Assembly (NCBI GenBank): GCA_913050245.1 | Contig: CAJWZJ010000003.1 | Coordinates: 27,329-91,328 of the forward strand | Source of the DNA: an uncultured bacterium | GTDB taxonomy: Bacteria > Desulfobacterota_D > UBA1144 | DNA: 64,000 nt | Direction of reading: 5' to 3' | Shown here: positions 11,760-21,493 of the stretch, one piece after another | Layout of the letters: each line of letters starts with the position of its first letter | How positions within the stretch are numbered: the first letter of the stretch is position 1 | Notes under the pieces: model-generated | Seen by the model: only the letters and a program-made list of their open reading frames with translations | Database searches by the model: none | What the model was told of the DNA's origin: nothing | Made by a program: the position numbers and the translations under genes

Positions 11760-12414
11760 CTAAGGTATAGTCTTTTTTCTTTTTTCCAATTCTTTTTTCT
11801 AATTCTTGGAAAATATCTTGAATATTAATATCATGAAAGGAAAGAGCTACCATCATGTGATATAGCAAATCGGTAAATTCATAAATTATATTTTCTTTAT
11901 TCTTGAACTTTGATGCTTCAATTGATTCATCACATTCTTCTTTAATTTTACTCAATATCTTATCAAGACCTTCTTTAAATAAAGATGAAGTGTATGAGTT
12001 AATTTCCTTAGTATTACCTTTTCTTTCTTCAATTAATGAAAATACTTGTTCAATCACACCGGTTTTAATTAAAGGTTTTTGTGAAACTTTTTCATCAATA
12101 TCTGTATGAAAACAAGATATTTTCTTAGTATGGCATGTAGGACCGTCAGGAATTGTGGTAAACAATATGCAATCTTTATCACAATCTATATATATGTTTT
12201 TAATTTTCAATACATTCCCTGATTCCTCACCTTTTTTCCATAATTTTTTTCGGCTTCTACTCCAAAAATGAGCATAATTAGTAAATATAGTCTTTTCCAG
12301 AGATTCTTGATTAGAAAAGGCAAACATAAGAATATCTCCAGTTGAATAATTTTGAACAATAGTAGGGACTAAGTTCTTTTCATTATATTTTATTTCGTTT
12401 ATAATTGAATTCAT
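11752..12414 (-). CDS. hisIE: bifunctional phosphoribosyl-AMP cyclohydrolase / phosphoribosyl-ATP pyrophosphatase
   Basis: N-terminal HisI part ([24 protein letters not shown]...SCF). C-terminal HisE part (EECDESIEA..., [10 protein letters not shown]). Confidence 0.9.
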   Translation of the reverse strand: MNSIINEIKYNEKNLVPTIVQNYSTGDILMFAFSNQESLEKTIFTNYAHFWSRSRKKLWKKGEESGNVLKIKNIYIDCDKDCILFTTIPDGPTCHTKKISCFHTDIDEKVSQKPLIKTGVIEQVFSLIEERKGNTKEINSYTSSLFKEGLDKILSKIKEECDESIEASKFKNKENIIYEFTDLLYHMMVALSFHDINIQDIFQELEKRIGKKKKDYTLDE

Positions 12415-12455
12415 ATTTAATCAATATACTACATTATAACGATAAGGAAATTTAT

Positions 12456-12653
12456 ATGGCTAGAGTCACAATTGAAGATTGTTTAGAAAAAGTAACTAAC
12501 CGATTTGAGCTTTCAGTAGCTGCAATGAAAAGAGCAAAATCTATTCATTCAGGTGCTCCTTCACTTTCAAAGGACAAAAACAAACCTGTAGTTTCTGCAT
12601 TGAGAGAAATTGCAGAGGATAAAGTTGTTGCTGTAAAAAAATCATCTGAATAG
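12456..12653 (+). CDS. rpoZ: DNA-directed RNA polymerase subunit omega
   Basis: [28 protein letters not shown] is the canonical RpoZ N-terminus. I chose the ATG at 12456, preceded by AAGGAAA, over the longer ORF beginning at 12405. Confidence 0.88.
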   Translation: MARVTIEDCLEKVTNRFELSVAAMKRAKSIHSGAPSLSKDKNKPVVSALREIAEDKVVAVKKSSE

Positions 12654-12665
12654 AACTTATTTCAA

Positions 12666-13253
12666 ATGAAATTTATAAATTTAGCTAAGGGTTTTTTTAA
12701 AGATAATCCTAATCCCAAAAGAATTAATTCTGACCATGGAACTCTTTTTTCTGCAATTGCAATTATTATTTCTGAAAATAATCATGGTGAAGATGAAATG
12801 TTCTTTATTAAAAGAGCAAGTAGAGAAAATGACCATTTCTCCGGACATATGGCTTTTCCTGGTGGGGTTAAAGAGGAATATGACAAAGATTTTCTTGATA
12901 CCGCAATCAGAGAAACCCAAGAAGAAGTAGGTATAGATCTTAATAAAGATGCAGAGTTCCTAGGATGCTTTGATGACTATAGGCCAGTAAACCCTTCAGC
13001 CAATAAGTTTTTGGTTTCTCCACATGTTTTTCATTTAAATAATATAGAAGTAGAATTAAAATTAAATCCATATGAAGTTGAAGATACTGTATGGATACCT
13101 TTAAAAATCCTTAAGGAAATGTCTCAAAACAGTGCAAGAGAAACATTCAAATATAATAAGAAATATAATGACTATGTTTTTGAATATAATGGCTATAAAA
13201 TATGGGGAATGACAGGAAAAATTCTATATTATTTTTTAAATAATATTAAATAA
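12666..13253 (+). CDS. NUDIX hydrolase (CoA-pyrophosphatase-like)
   Basis: Nudix box GHMAFPGGVKEEYDKDFLDTAIRETQEEVGI. Confidence 0.8.
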   Translation: MKFINLAKGFFKDNPNPKRINSDHGTLFSAIAIIISENNHGEDEMFFIKRASRENDHFSGHMAFPGGVKEEYDKDFLDTAIRETQEEVGIDLNKDAEFLGCFDDYRPVNPSANKFLVSPHVFHLNNIEVELKLNPYEVEDTVWIPLKILKEMSQNSARETFKYNKKYNDYVFEYNGYKIWGMTGKILYYFLNNIK

Positions 13254-13299
13254 TATTTTTATTCTTTTACTTTGAATATTATGGTGATAGAATACAAAA

Positions 13300-13719
13300 A
13301 TGGGCAGTGTTAATAAAGTAATTATTCTCGGTAGACTAGGTGCTGACCCAGAATTGAAATATACTCAAGATCAAACACCGGTTTCTAACTTTAGTGTTGC
13401 AACTTCTGTTAGCTATAAAAATAAAAGTGGCGAAAAAGTAGATAAAACTTCTTGGCATCGATGTGTTGCATGGAGGAAAACAGCAGAAGTTATAAATCAA
13501 TATTTTAAGAAAGGAAATCAAATCTACATAGAAGGATCCCTAGAATCAAGAAGTTATGAGGATCAAAATGGAGAAAAAAGATTCATTACTGAGGTTTTAG
13601 TTAATAATTTCCAATTTGTTGATTCAAAAAGTAGCTCCTCTGAAAATTCGATGGGCGACGATAGTTTTTTGGATGATTTTGAGGTTGGATCTCCAAGCAC
13701 CGATGATGTTCCTTTTTAG
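13300..13719 (+). CDS. ssb: single-stranded DNA-binding protein
   Basis: OB-fold start NKVIILGRLGADPELKYT, TSWHRCVAW, and an acidic tail ending DDVPF. Confidence 0.93.
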   Translation: MGSVNKVIILGRLGADPELKYTQDQTPVSNFSVATSVSYKNKSGEKVDKTSWHRCVAWRKTAEVINQYFKKGNQIYIEGSLESRSYEDQNGEKRFITEVLVNNFQFVDSKSSSSENSMGDDSFLDDFEVGSPSTDDVPF

Positions 13720-13723
13720 TTAA

Positions 13724-15109
13724 ATGCTAAATAATCTTAACGTTATATTGCTATGTGCAGGAAAAAGCTCCAGAATGGGTCTGAATCTTCCGAAAGTCAC
13801 TTTAGCTATTAATGGTACCTCAATTGTCGAAAGAACTTTAACTAACATACAAAAATTAAATCCAAAGAGGATAATTGTCGTAGTAGGATACAAAAAAAAA
13901 TTAGTAATAAACAAAGTTAAGCAATTAGATTATCAGAATATTGAGATTGTTGACCAGAAAAAACAACTAGGTACCGGGGATGCAATAAAACCAGCGCTAA
14001 TAAAATTAAATAAAAATTCACAGGTATTGATAATGAATGGAGACACTCCTTTTGTTACTCCTAAAACTCTCAAAAAGGCATTAAAAAGTTTCAAATCAAA
14101 TTCCTCAGATTTTCTTATTACAATATCAAAACTTTCAAATCCTTTTGGGTATGGAAGAATTGTTAAAGATTCTTATAAAAATATTACAAAGATAGTAGAA
14201 GAAAAAAATTGTACGCCTGACCAGAGAAAAATAAATGAAGTAAATTCTGGGCTTTATATTTGCAAATCTGAACTTTTGAAAAATTTTATAAAAAAAATTA
14301 AAAAGAATACAAATAATGAATATTATTTGACTGATCTTGTTGAAATTTTTTCTAAAAATAATAAAAAGATAACATCAATTATAGAAAAAGATGAAAATGC
14401 TTTTTTTAATATAAATAGTTTCGAAGATCTTATAAAGGCAAATCAAATTGATAATAATTATTTCCTTGAAAATTGTTTAAAAAAAAATATTAATATTCAT
14501 GATCCAAATAGTTTGAGAATATCTACCAATGTTAAATTGAGTTCAAATATATCAATAGGTCCTAATGTCTATATAGATGGAAATTCGGTTATAGAAGAGG
14601 GAGTTAATATAGTTGGAAATTGCTATATAAATAATTCTGTAATAGGCAGCAAAACTTTGATAAAGCCTTTTGTGTCTATTTCTGACTCAAAAGTTGGAAA
14701 AAATTGTCAGTTAGGTCCATTTTCAAATATCAGACCCCAAACTGAACTGGCAAATAATATTAAGATTGGTAATTTCGTTGAATTAAAAAAAAGTATTATT
14801 TCAGATAACTCAAAGATTCCACATTTGTCATATATAGGAGATACCGAAATGGGATCTAATGTAAATATCGGTGCTGGAACTATTACTTGTAATTATGATG
14901 GTTTTGATAAACATAAGACAGTAATTGAAGACAGAGTCTTCATTGGTAGCGACACTATGTTGGTTGCGCCAATAAAAATAGAAAAAGGTGCTACAACGGG
15001 TGCCGGTAGTGTTATTTCACGCAATTTACCCAAAAATACTTTAGGCATTACAAGGATAAAAGAAAAGATGATACCTAATTGGAAAAGGAAACCAAAGGTA
15101 AAAAAATAA
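13724..15109 (+). CDS. glmU: bifunctional UDP-N-acetylglucosamine pyrophosphorylase / GlcN-1-P N-acetyltransferase
   Basis: N-terminal LCAGKSSRMG nucleotidyltransferase motif and C-terminal hexapeptide-repeat beta-helix, 461 aa. Confidence 0.9.
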   Translation: MLNNLNVILLCAGKSSRMGLNLPKVTLAINGTSIVERTLTNIQKLNPKRIIVVVGYKKKLVINKVKQLDYQNIEIVDQKKQLGTGDAIKPALIKLNKNSQVLIMNGDTPFVTPKTLKKALKSFKSNSSDFLITISKLSNPFGYGRIVKDSYKNITKIVEEKNCTPDQRKINEVNSGLYICKSELLKNFIKKIKKNTNNEYYLTDLVEIFSKNNKKITSIIEKDENAFFNINSFEDLIKANQIDNNYFLENCLKKNINIHDPNSLRISTNVKLSSNISIGPNVYIDGNSVIEEGVNIVGNCYINNSVIGSKTLIKPFVSISDSKVGKNCQLGPFSNIRPQTELANNIKIGNFVELKKSIISDNSKIPHLSYIGDTEMGSNVNIGAGTITCNYDGFDKHKTVIEDRVFIGSDTMLVAPIKIEKGATTGAGSVISRNLPKNTLGITRIKEKMIPNWKRKPKVKK

Positions 15110-16891
15110 ATGTGTGGAATATATACATCATTATCAAAAGAAGATATTTCATCTATCGACTTTTTAAACTCTTTAAGTGAACTTGAATACAGAGGATATG
15201 ATTCAGCTGGAGTTACAATTCTTGATAAAAATAAAAAATATAAATCTTATAAAACACTCTCAAAAATTGATGATTTAAAATTAAAAATATCAAAAGGAGA
15301 ATCATCAAGTTTAATGATTGGCCATACTCGATGGGCTACCCATGGAAAACCAAACATAAAAAATTGTCATCCTCATATAATTGATAATTTATCACTTGTT
15401 CATAATGGTGTGGTTGAGAATTATGATGATTTAAAAAAAAATAAAATTTTCAAAAATGTTCAATTTAAATCAGAGACTGATACAGAAATGATTCTTCGAT
15501 TAATTCAAATTTTTTATAAATCTAATACCCTTGTTGATGCAATAAAGAAAACCTCTAAATTAATTAAAGGGTCAAATGCATTTGTGTGTTCAAATATAGA
15601 TAAAGGCAATGATGAGTTAGTAGCTTATAAAAATAATACTCCACTTTACTTTGGCCTTAAAAAAAATGGAGAAAAGGTTTTTTCTTCTGATGTAAATGCA
15701 ATGTTAGTATCTTTAAAGGGATATTATTATTTAAATAATAACGATATAATTCAAATTACAAAAAAAAATGCAATACTTTACAACGATAAGAAAAAGAAAA
15801 TAGTTTTAACAAAAATTCCTAATACAAAATTTAAAAAAGCCAAAGTTACTTCAAGTTCTCATACATATTCAGAAATAAAAGAACAAAGAAAAATAATTCC
15901 AAACTACCTTAAAAACTTTGAAAAAATTTATAAAGTAGTTAGTAAAATTAAAAAACCTAATGAAATTAATATCATTGGGTGTGGATCTTCATATAATGCG
16001 GGATTATTAGCGAAAGCTTTTCTAGAAAAAAACTCAAATATTCCTACATCTGTTTATCGTCCTTCTGAATTTAATTTTTTTTTAAATAACAAAAATAAAT
16101 TATTTATTTTTATTTCTCAAAGTGGTGAAACTGCAGATATCTGCTCACTAATTGAATCTAAAAAAGAATTTTTTTCAAACTCATTATCATTAGTTAATAA
16201 TGACGATTCAAGACTGATAAGAGAATCAAGATATAATATTAATCTGAATGTAGGTTTAGAAAGAGGTGTTGCTGCGACTAAAACTTTCTCCTCTCAAATA
16301 ATGGTCTTAAATATAATATCCAAAATTCTATCTAAAGATAAAAAGAATAATGACTTGTTATTACCATCTACAAATATTCTAAATAAATTATTTTCTCATG
16401 AAAAAGAAATCATAAAACTTTCAAAAAAATATTCAAAATTTAGAAACTTGTTTGTACTAGGAAGAAATTATAATTTCCCAATAGCGTGTGAAGCAGCTTT
16501 AAAAATAAAAGAAATATCATATATTCATGCAGAAGGAGCTCCATCATCAGAAATCAAACATGGACCGATTGCATTATTTGATAAGAAATTCCCTGTTATT
16601 TTTTTAGTATCAAATAAAAAAGAGACAATACATAGTGAGATCTCAAGTTTAAATGAAATCATTTCTAGAACCAATAATGTTTTTCTTATTGCACCAGACA
16701 CAGTGGTGAAAAAGCTCGATCGAAAAATTTTATCAAAGATTGATTTTATAGCAGTTCCAGATTTTCAGAATGATATGGCTCCAATATTATATTTAATTAT
16801 TTTACAACTATTCTCATATCATTTAGCAAAATTTAAAAAGTTGCCCATAGATCAGCCTAGAAATCTTGCAAAGGTTGTAACCGTTGAATAA
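15110..16891 (+). CDS. glmS: glutamine--fructose-6-phosphate aminotransferase
   Basis: MCGI Ntn start, two SIS domains, C-terminal LAKVVTVE. The start abuts the glmU stop. Confidence 0.93.
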   Translation: MCGIYTSLSKEDISSIDFLNSLSELEYRGYDSAGVTILDKNKKYKSYKTLSKIDDLKLKISKGESSSLMIGHTRWATHGKPNIKNCHPHIIDNLSLVHNGVVENYDDLKKNKIFKNVQFKSETDTEMILRLIQIFYKSNTLVDAIKKTSKLIKGSNAFVCSNIDKGNDELVAYKNNTPLYFGLKKNGEKVFSSDVNAMLVSLKGYYYLNNNDIIQITKKNAILYNDKKKKIVLTKIPNTKFKKAKVTSSSHTYSEIKEQRKIIPNYLKNFEKIYKVVSKIKKPNEINIIGCGSSYNAGLLAKAFLEKNSNIPTSVYRPSEFNFFLNNKNKLFIFISQSGETADICSLIESKKEFFSNSLSLVNNDDSRLIRESRYNINLNVGLERGVAATKTFSSQIMVLNIISKILSKDKKNNDLLLPSTNILNKLFSHEKEIIKLSKKYSKFRNLFVLGRNYNFPIACEAALKIKEISYIHAEGAPSSEIKHGPIALFDKKFPVIFLVSNKKETIHSEISSLNEIISRTNNVFLIAPDTVVKKLDRKILSKIDFIAVPDFQNDMAPILYLIILQLFSYHLAKFKKLPIDQPRNLAKVVTVE

Positions 16892-16899
16892 ATGTAATA

Positions 16900-17115
16900 T
16901 TATTTTTTATAAATATAGAAAAGATTTGCTATAGGTGCTAAAAACCAAACTGTTGATGAAGTCCATAATATCCAACTTTTAGGTAAACCATGACTAATAA
17001 AAAATCCTACACACATTACTAATAATAAAATATTCATTACTATTGCAATATTCTTTAAATTCAAAATATCCTCCAAAGTAATTAGATTTTCACATACATA
17101 ACAAATATAAAACAA
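16900..17115 (-). CDS. possible small two-helix membrane protein (maximal ORF; an internal ATG at 17037 would give 45 aa)
   Basis: This is the only ORF in the 350-nt glmS-PR spacer. It has two hydrophobic segments (ILLLVMCVGFFI, VWFLAPIANLFYI). There is no SD, and the maximal ORF uses a TTG start. Confidence 0.25.
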   Translation of the reverse strand: MFYICYVCENLITLEDILNLKNIAIVMNILLLVMCVGFFISHGLPKSWILWTSSTVWFLAPIANLFYIYKK

Positions 17116-17182
17116 ATTAAGCTGTTTTTTCTGATAAATATGTTTATTTTTTATCTTTTTCCGAAAAAATTAAATAATTTAG

Positions 17183-17210
17183 TTGTTAAATTTATTTTTG
17201 TAGTTAGATT
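17183..17210 (+). promoter_or_regulatory. candidate sigma70-type promoter for proteorhodopsin (TTGTTA, 16 nt spacer, TAGATT)
   Basis: Read directly from the sequence about 30 nt upstream of the PR start. AT-rich background makes false positives likely. Confidence 0.3.
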
Positions 17211-17226
17211 CCTTTTAAATTAGTTT

Positions 17227-17234
17227 AAGGGAGG
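17227..17234 (+). promoter_or_regulatory. strong Shine-Dalgarno site (AAGGGAGG) of the proteorhodopsin gene
   Basis: AAGGGAGG lies 7 nt before the ATG at 17242. Confidence 0.7.
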
Positions 17235-17241
17235 TTTTTAC

Positions 17242-17997
17242 ATGTCAAAATATGTAAATTACTTATTACTTTCCGCAATTATAGCTTGCATGCCACTAGT
17301 ATCATTCGCTGGAACTAATTTAGCCCCGGATGATCCAGTTGGAATATCTTTCTGGATTATTTCAGTCGCGATGGTAGCCGCTACAGCTTTCTTCTTCCTT
17401 GAGTCTTTAAGAGTTCAAGGCAAGTTTAGAACATCTTTAGTTGTAGGTGGTCTTATTTGTTTGGTTGCAGGTGTTCACTATTTCTACATGAGAGAAGTAT
17501 GGGCAGCTACAGGTAGTTCACCAACTGTCTTTAGATATGTTGATTGGATTGTAACTGTTCCAATGCAAATGATTGAGTTTTATCTCATTCTTGCTGCTGT
17601 TACCGCAGTTTCATTAGGTGTCTTTTGGAGACTTTTAATTGGTACTGTTGTAATGGTTGTAGCAGGATATCTTGGAGAAGCTGGCTTTATCGATACAACA
17701 ATTGGTTTTGTTGTTGGAATGGCTGGTTGGGCTTATATTTTGTATGAAATTTTCTCTGGAGAAGCTAGCGCAAGTGCATCAAAGGCTGCACCTGCAGTTC
17801 AATCTGCTTTCAATACAATGAAATGGATTGTTACTATCGGTTGGGCAATTTATCCATTAGGTTATTTCCTTGGATATCTAGCAGGTGGTACTGACGATGC
17901 TACTCTTAATATAGTTTACAACGTTGCAGATTTTATAAATAAAATTGGTTTTTGTTTAGCAATTTGGGCTGCTGCTACAACTCAAGCTGATGCTTAA
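17242..17997 (+). CDS. proteorhodopsin (light-driven H+ pump, predicted blue-absorbing)
   Basis: Signal peptide, SPTVFRYVDWIVTVPMQMIEFYLIL (D97/T101/E108, Q at 105), His75 in GVHYFYM, PAVQSAFNTM, and Schiff-base Lys in ADFINKIG. Confidence 0.95.
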   Translation: MSKYVNYLLLSAIIACMPLVSFAGTNLAPDDPVGISFWIISVAMVAATAFFFLESLRVQGKFRTSLVVGGLICLVAGVHYFYMREVWAATGSSPTVFRYVDWIVTVPMQMIEFYLILAAVTAVSLGVFWRLLIGTVVMVVAGYLGEAGFIDTTIGFVVGMAGWAYILYEIFSGEASASASKAAPAVQSAFNTMKWIVTIGWAIYPLGYFLGYLAGGTDDATLNIVYNVADFINKIGFCLAIWAAATTQADA

Positions 17998-18003
17998 AAA
18001 TTT

Positions 18004-18037
18004 ATGGGCTTATATTAAAAATAAGCCCATTTATTTT
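18004..18037 (+). terminator. intrinsic terminator hairpin after proteorhodopsin
   Basis: Perfect 10-bp stem ATGGGCTTAT / ATAAGCCCAT (18004-18013 and 18021-18030), a 7-nt loop, then TTATTTTC. Confidence 0.75.
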
Positions 18038-18047
18038 CTATATTCTT

Positions 18048-19535
18048 ATGAGTGATATTAAAACATTAGTTATTGGAGGCGGTTTCGGTGGAATAGCTGC
18101 TGCAATCAGGTGCAAGGCATTAGGCCATGATGTCACTTTAATAGACAGACTTCCTGAGCTTGGTGGAAGAGCACAGGTTATTGAAAGTAATGGTTACAAA
18201 TATGATACAGGTCCAACTGTTATAACTGCACCCTTTTTATTCAAAGAGTTATTTGAACTTTTCAATGAAAATATTGACGATTATATTGAATTCAGACCTT
18301 TGGAGCCTTGGTACAGATTTTATTTTCATGATTCAACAACCTTTGATTATTCTTCATCTGTAGAGAAAACAAAAAAAGAAATTTCAAGGTTTTCCAAAGA
18401 TGATGCAAATGCATACGATGAATTGTTAGAAGAATCAGAGAAAATATTTAATGTCGGATTTACTGATCTTTCTGATAAACCTTTTTTATCTTTTTGGTCA
18501 ATGATTAAACAAATTCCTCACTTGTTAAAATTAAAAAGTTATAGAAGTGTCTCAGACATGGTCTCAAAACATATTAAAAATCCAAATATTCAATCAGCCT
18601 TTTCTATTCATCCTTTGCTAGTGGGTGGCAATCCTTTTACTACCACATCTATTTATTCTTTGATTCATTTTTTAGAGAGAAAGTGGGGTGTATTTTTTTG
18701 TATGGGCGGAACAGGAAAGCTTGTAAAAGAGCTTAAGGATTTAATGATTAGAAATGGTATTAATATTATTCTTAATCAAGATATCGTGAGCGTTGAGCAT
18801 AAAAATCAAATCGCTTTCAGAGCTACAACTTCTAACGGAACACAGTATTGTTTCGATAATTTAGTGTTTAATGGAGATCCACCCTTCTTCTATAAAAACC
18901 TTTTACAACCAAAAAATATAAAATTATTGAATCCTATTGTCCCTGATAATCTTCTCAGCTATTCAATGGGACTTTTTGTCCTCTTTATTGGTACTAAAAA
19001 GAGATATAATGATATTGCACATCATACAATTTGGCTGACCAAAAGATTTAAAAATCTTTTGAATGATATTTTTGAAAAAAAGATTTTAACCAAAGATTTC
19101 TCTCTATATATTCATAGACCTACAGCAACCGACAATTCATTTGCACCCGTTGACTGTGATAGCTTTTATGTTCTGTGTCCTGTTCCTAATTTAAAATCTA
19201 ATATAAATTGGAGCTCTGAGGGTGAAAAGCTTAAAGACAATATTATTACTGAACTTGAAAAGACCATAATGCCAGATCTTAAAGATAACATTGATGATAT
19301 TTCTTATATGACACCAGAAAATTTCAAGAATGATTACAAATCAATGTTTGGAGCAGGTTTCTCAATAGCACCAAAGTTTTATCAATCGGCTTGGTTTAGA
19401 TATCACAATCAAGATTCGAACATTAAAAATATATATTTTTCTGCCGCAGGATCACATCCTGGTGCAGGTATTCCAGGAGTTTTATCTTCAGCTAAGGTAG
19501 TTGAAAATATTTTAAAAAGAAAAAATGCAGCTTAA
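18048..19535 (+). CDS. crtI: phytoene desaturase
   Basis: N-terminal FAD fold VIGGGFGGIAAA, 495 aa, CrtI-type C-terminus SAAGSHPGAGIPGV. Confidence 0.9.
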   Translation: MSDIKTLVIGGGFGGIAAAIRCKALGHDVTLIDRLPELGGRAQVIESNGYKYDTGPTVITAPFLFKELFELFNENIDDYIEFRPLEPWYRFYFHDSTTFDYSSSVEKTKKEISRFSKDDANAYDELLEESEKIFNVGFTDLSDKPFLSFWSMIKQIPHLLKLKSYRSVSDMVSKHIKNPNIQSAFSIHPLLVGGNPFTTTSIYSLIHFLERKWGVFFCMGGTGKLVKELKDLMIRNGINIILNQDIVSVEHKNQIAFRATTSNGTQYCFDNLVFNGDPPFFYKNLLQPKNIKLLNPIVPDNLLSYSMGLFVLFIGTKKRYNDIAHHTIWLTKRFKNLLNDIFEKKILTKDFSLYIHRPTATDNSFAPVDCDSFYVLCPVPNLKSNINWSSEGEKLKDNIITELEKTIMPDLKDNIDDISYMTPENFKNDYKSMFGAGFSIAPKFYQSAWFRYHNQDSNIKNIYFSAAGSHPGAGIPGVLSSAKVVENILKRKNAA

Positions 19536-20376
19536 TAGTAAAATTAAATGTTTAAAGAAAAATAGTAAGAGTTTTTATTGGGCTTCAAACCTATTAAATA
19601 AAAATAAAATAAATGAAATATCAGAATTATATTGTGTCTTAAGGGAGCTTGATGATGTAGCAGATAATAGTGATAATGAAAAAGAAATCTTTGAAGAACT
19701 ATTAGCATACATACGAAAAGAAAACCAAAATTTAAATGTAAGATTTGAAGCCCATGAAAATTTCTTCAAATCTATAAAAAGTTCCCAAGAAAAGAAAGAA
19801 AATTTTCTTAATTTTCTTGATGGACTAATTTATGATCAGCAAGATCATTTAGAAGTTAAAAATAATAGTGAGCTAATCGAATATTGCTATAGAGTAGCTG
19901 GCACAGTAGGCATAATGATGTGCCCAATATTGGAAGTTTCTAATAAAGATGCTTATAAATATGCTGCCGATCTTGGTATTGCAATGCAATTAACTAACAT
20001 ATCAAGAGATGTTTATGAAGACGCATGTAACAACAGAAGATATTTACCTTCGAGTTCATGTAATGAAATTAAACCAGAAGAGATAAGAGAAATTTTTAAT
20101 GATAAAAAATGTGAAAGTTATAAAGAAATAAAAAAATCTATTGAGTCAATTCTTAATATTGCTGATGACTATTATGAAAAAGCTAAAAAAGGATATTCCT
20201 ATATGCCTTTAAGATCCAGAATATGCATCTCCGTTGCTGCTAATATCTACAGAGAGATTGGTAATGATATTAAAAGAAATAAATGTCATTGGTCTAGTAA
20301 AAGATATTTTATACCTATGTATAGAAAACTTTTTATTACTTTAAAAACATTCTTTAATGAATTAATTAGAATATAA
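19525..20376 (+). CDS. crtB: phytoene synthase
   Basis: Squalene/phytoene synthase motifs (SKSFYWAS, LRELDDVAD, YCYRVAGTVG, NISRDVYED). Overlaps crtI by 11 nt. Confidence 0.9.
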   Translation: MQLNSKIKCLKKNSKSFYWASNLLNKNKINEISELYCVLRELDDVADNSDNEKEIFEELLAYIRKENQNLNVRFEAHENFFKSIKSSQEKKENFLNFLDGLIYDQQDHLEVKNNSELIEYCYRVAGTVGIMMCPILEVSNKDAYKYAADLGIAMQLTNISRDVYEDACNNRRYLPSSSCNEIKPEEIREIFNDKKCESYKEIKKSIESILNIADDYYEKAKKGYSYMPLRSRICISVAANIYREIGNDIKRNKCHWSSKRYFIPMYRKLFITLKTFFNELIRI

Positions 20377-20389
20377 TTACTAATATAAA

Positions 20390-21493
20390 ATGATTACCAA
20401 AAAAAATATATCAGTCTTGGGCGGTGGTTGTGCAGGTTATTCATTAGTCAAACAAATATCAAAAATAAATAAAGTTAAAATTGATTTTTATTTAGGCTCT
20501 AATATTAATAAAAATAATTTTTGGGGTTTTTGGAAATTTAATGATTTTGATTTTCCAACGGAATTATTAAGCGGAAAATGGCATAAGTGGAAAATCATAA
20601 CCAATCGATGTGAAAGCATTTTTGAATCTATCGATCATCCTTATTGCTTAATCTCTAGAGACAAATGGATTAATCATTGCAAAGATGAATTTAATAAATC
20701 AAATATAAATTTTTATAATAATGATGTATTTGAAGAAGGTGGAGTCTTAAAAGATGATAACGGTAAGAAAATTAGCTCGGATCTTATTTTTGATTCCCGT
20801 TCATTAAGAATAAATGAAAGAACATATGTGCAGCATTTTAAGGGTTTCGTTATAGAATCAGATAAGGAATGCTTTGATGAAAGTACTGCAATATTAATGG
20901 ATTTTAGATGTGACCAATCCAAAGGAATTCAATTTATATACTTGCTACCATTTTCAAAAAAGATCGCACTTGTTGAACCAACAGTCTATTCATTTGATAT
21001 TAAAGCTGATAGTTTTTATTTTGATTCAATGAAAAAATATTTAAAGAATAATTATGGATTGGATAATTTTAAATTAATTAGTGAAGAAAAAGGGGCAATA
21101 CCACTATCTTTTATAAATAATGAAAATACAAACAATAGTATAAATATAGGGATTAGGGGTTTGGCAAATAGGCAATCTTCTGGCTACACGTTTTATTTTA
21201 TTCAGCAACAAGTTAATAAAATATATTTAGATTTATCTAAGAATAAAAAGCCATCCAATACAGAAATACACTCTAGTTTAATAAATTTTTTAGATAAAAT
21301 ATTTCTTGATGTTCTAAAAACAAATCCTGCGAGAGCTTCAGAAATATTTGATGCATTTGGAAAATCTTTTAATGGTGATGAAATGGCTTTTTTTATGTCT
21401 AGTAAGATTAAATATAAATCATTACTAAGAATGATTTTCAATTTGCCGTTTAAAATATTTATGAATTCCTTCTTAAGGTGCTTTTTTAAATGA
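20390..21493 (+). CDS. crtY: lycopene beta-cyclase (CrtY type)
   Basis: N-terminal VLGGGCAGYSL dinucleotide fold, 367 aa, positioned between crtB and blh. Confidence 0.8.
   Translation: MITKKNISVLGGGCAGYSLVKQISKINKVKIDFYLGSNINKNNFWGFWKFNDFDFPTELLSGKWHKWKIITNRCESIFESIDHPYCLISRDKWINHCKDEFNKSNINFYNNDVFEEGGVLKDDNGKKISSDLIFDSRSLRINERTYVQHFKGFVIESDKECFDESTAILMDFRCDQSKGIQFIYLLPFSKKIALVEPTVYSFDIKADSFYFDSMKKYLKNNYGLDNFKLISEEKGAIPLSFINNENTNNSINIGIRGLANRQSSGYTFYFIQQQVNKIYLDLSKNKKPSNTEIHSSLINFLDKIFLDVLKTNPARASEIFDAFGKSFNGDEMAFFMSSKIKYKSLLRMIFNLPFKIFMNSFLRCFFK

Noticed and set aside
15050-15120. A glmS ribozyme upstream of glmS.
   Set aside because: The glmS ATG directly follows the glmU stop, so there is no leader in which a ribozyme could reside.
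17242-17997. A xanthorhodopsin-like antenna-carotenoid binding site on the rhodopsin.
   Set aside because: By my hand alignment, the helix E position corresponding to the fenestration Gly of xanthorhodopsin-type pumps is an aromatic Phe (TTIGFVVGMAGW), as in ordinary green PR. No hydroxylase or ketolase gene accompanies the cluster. The alignment is tentative.
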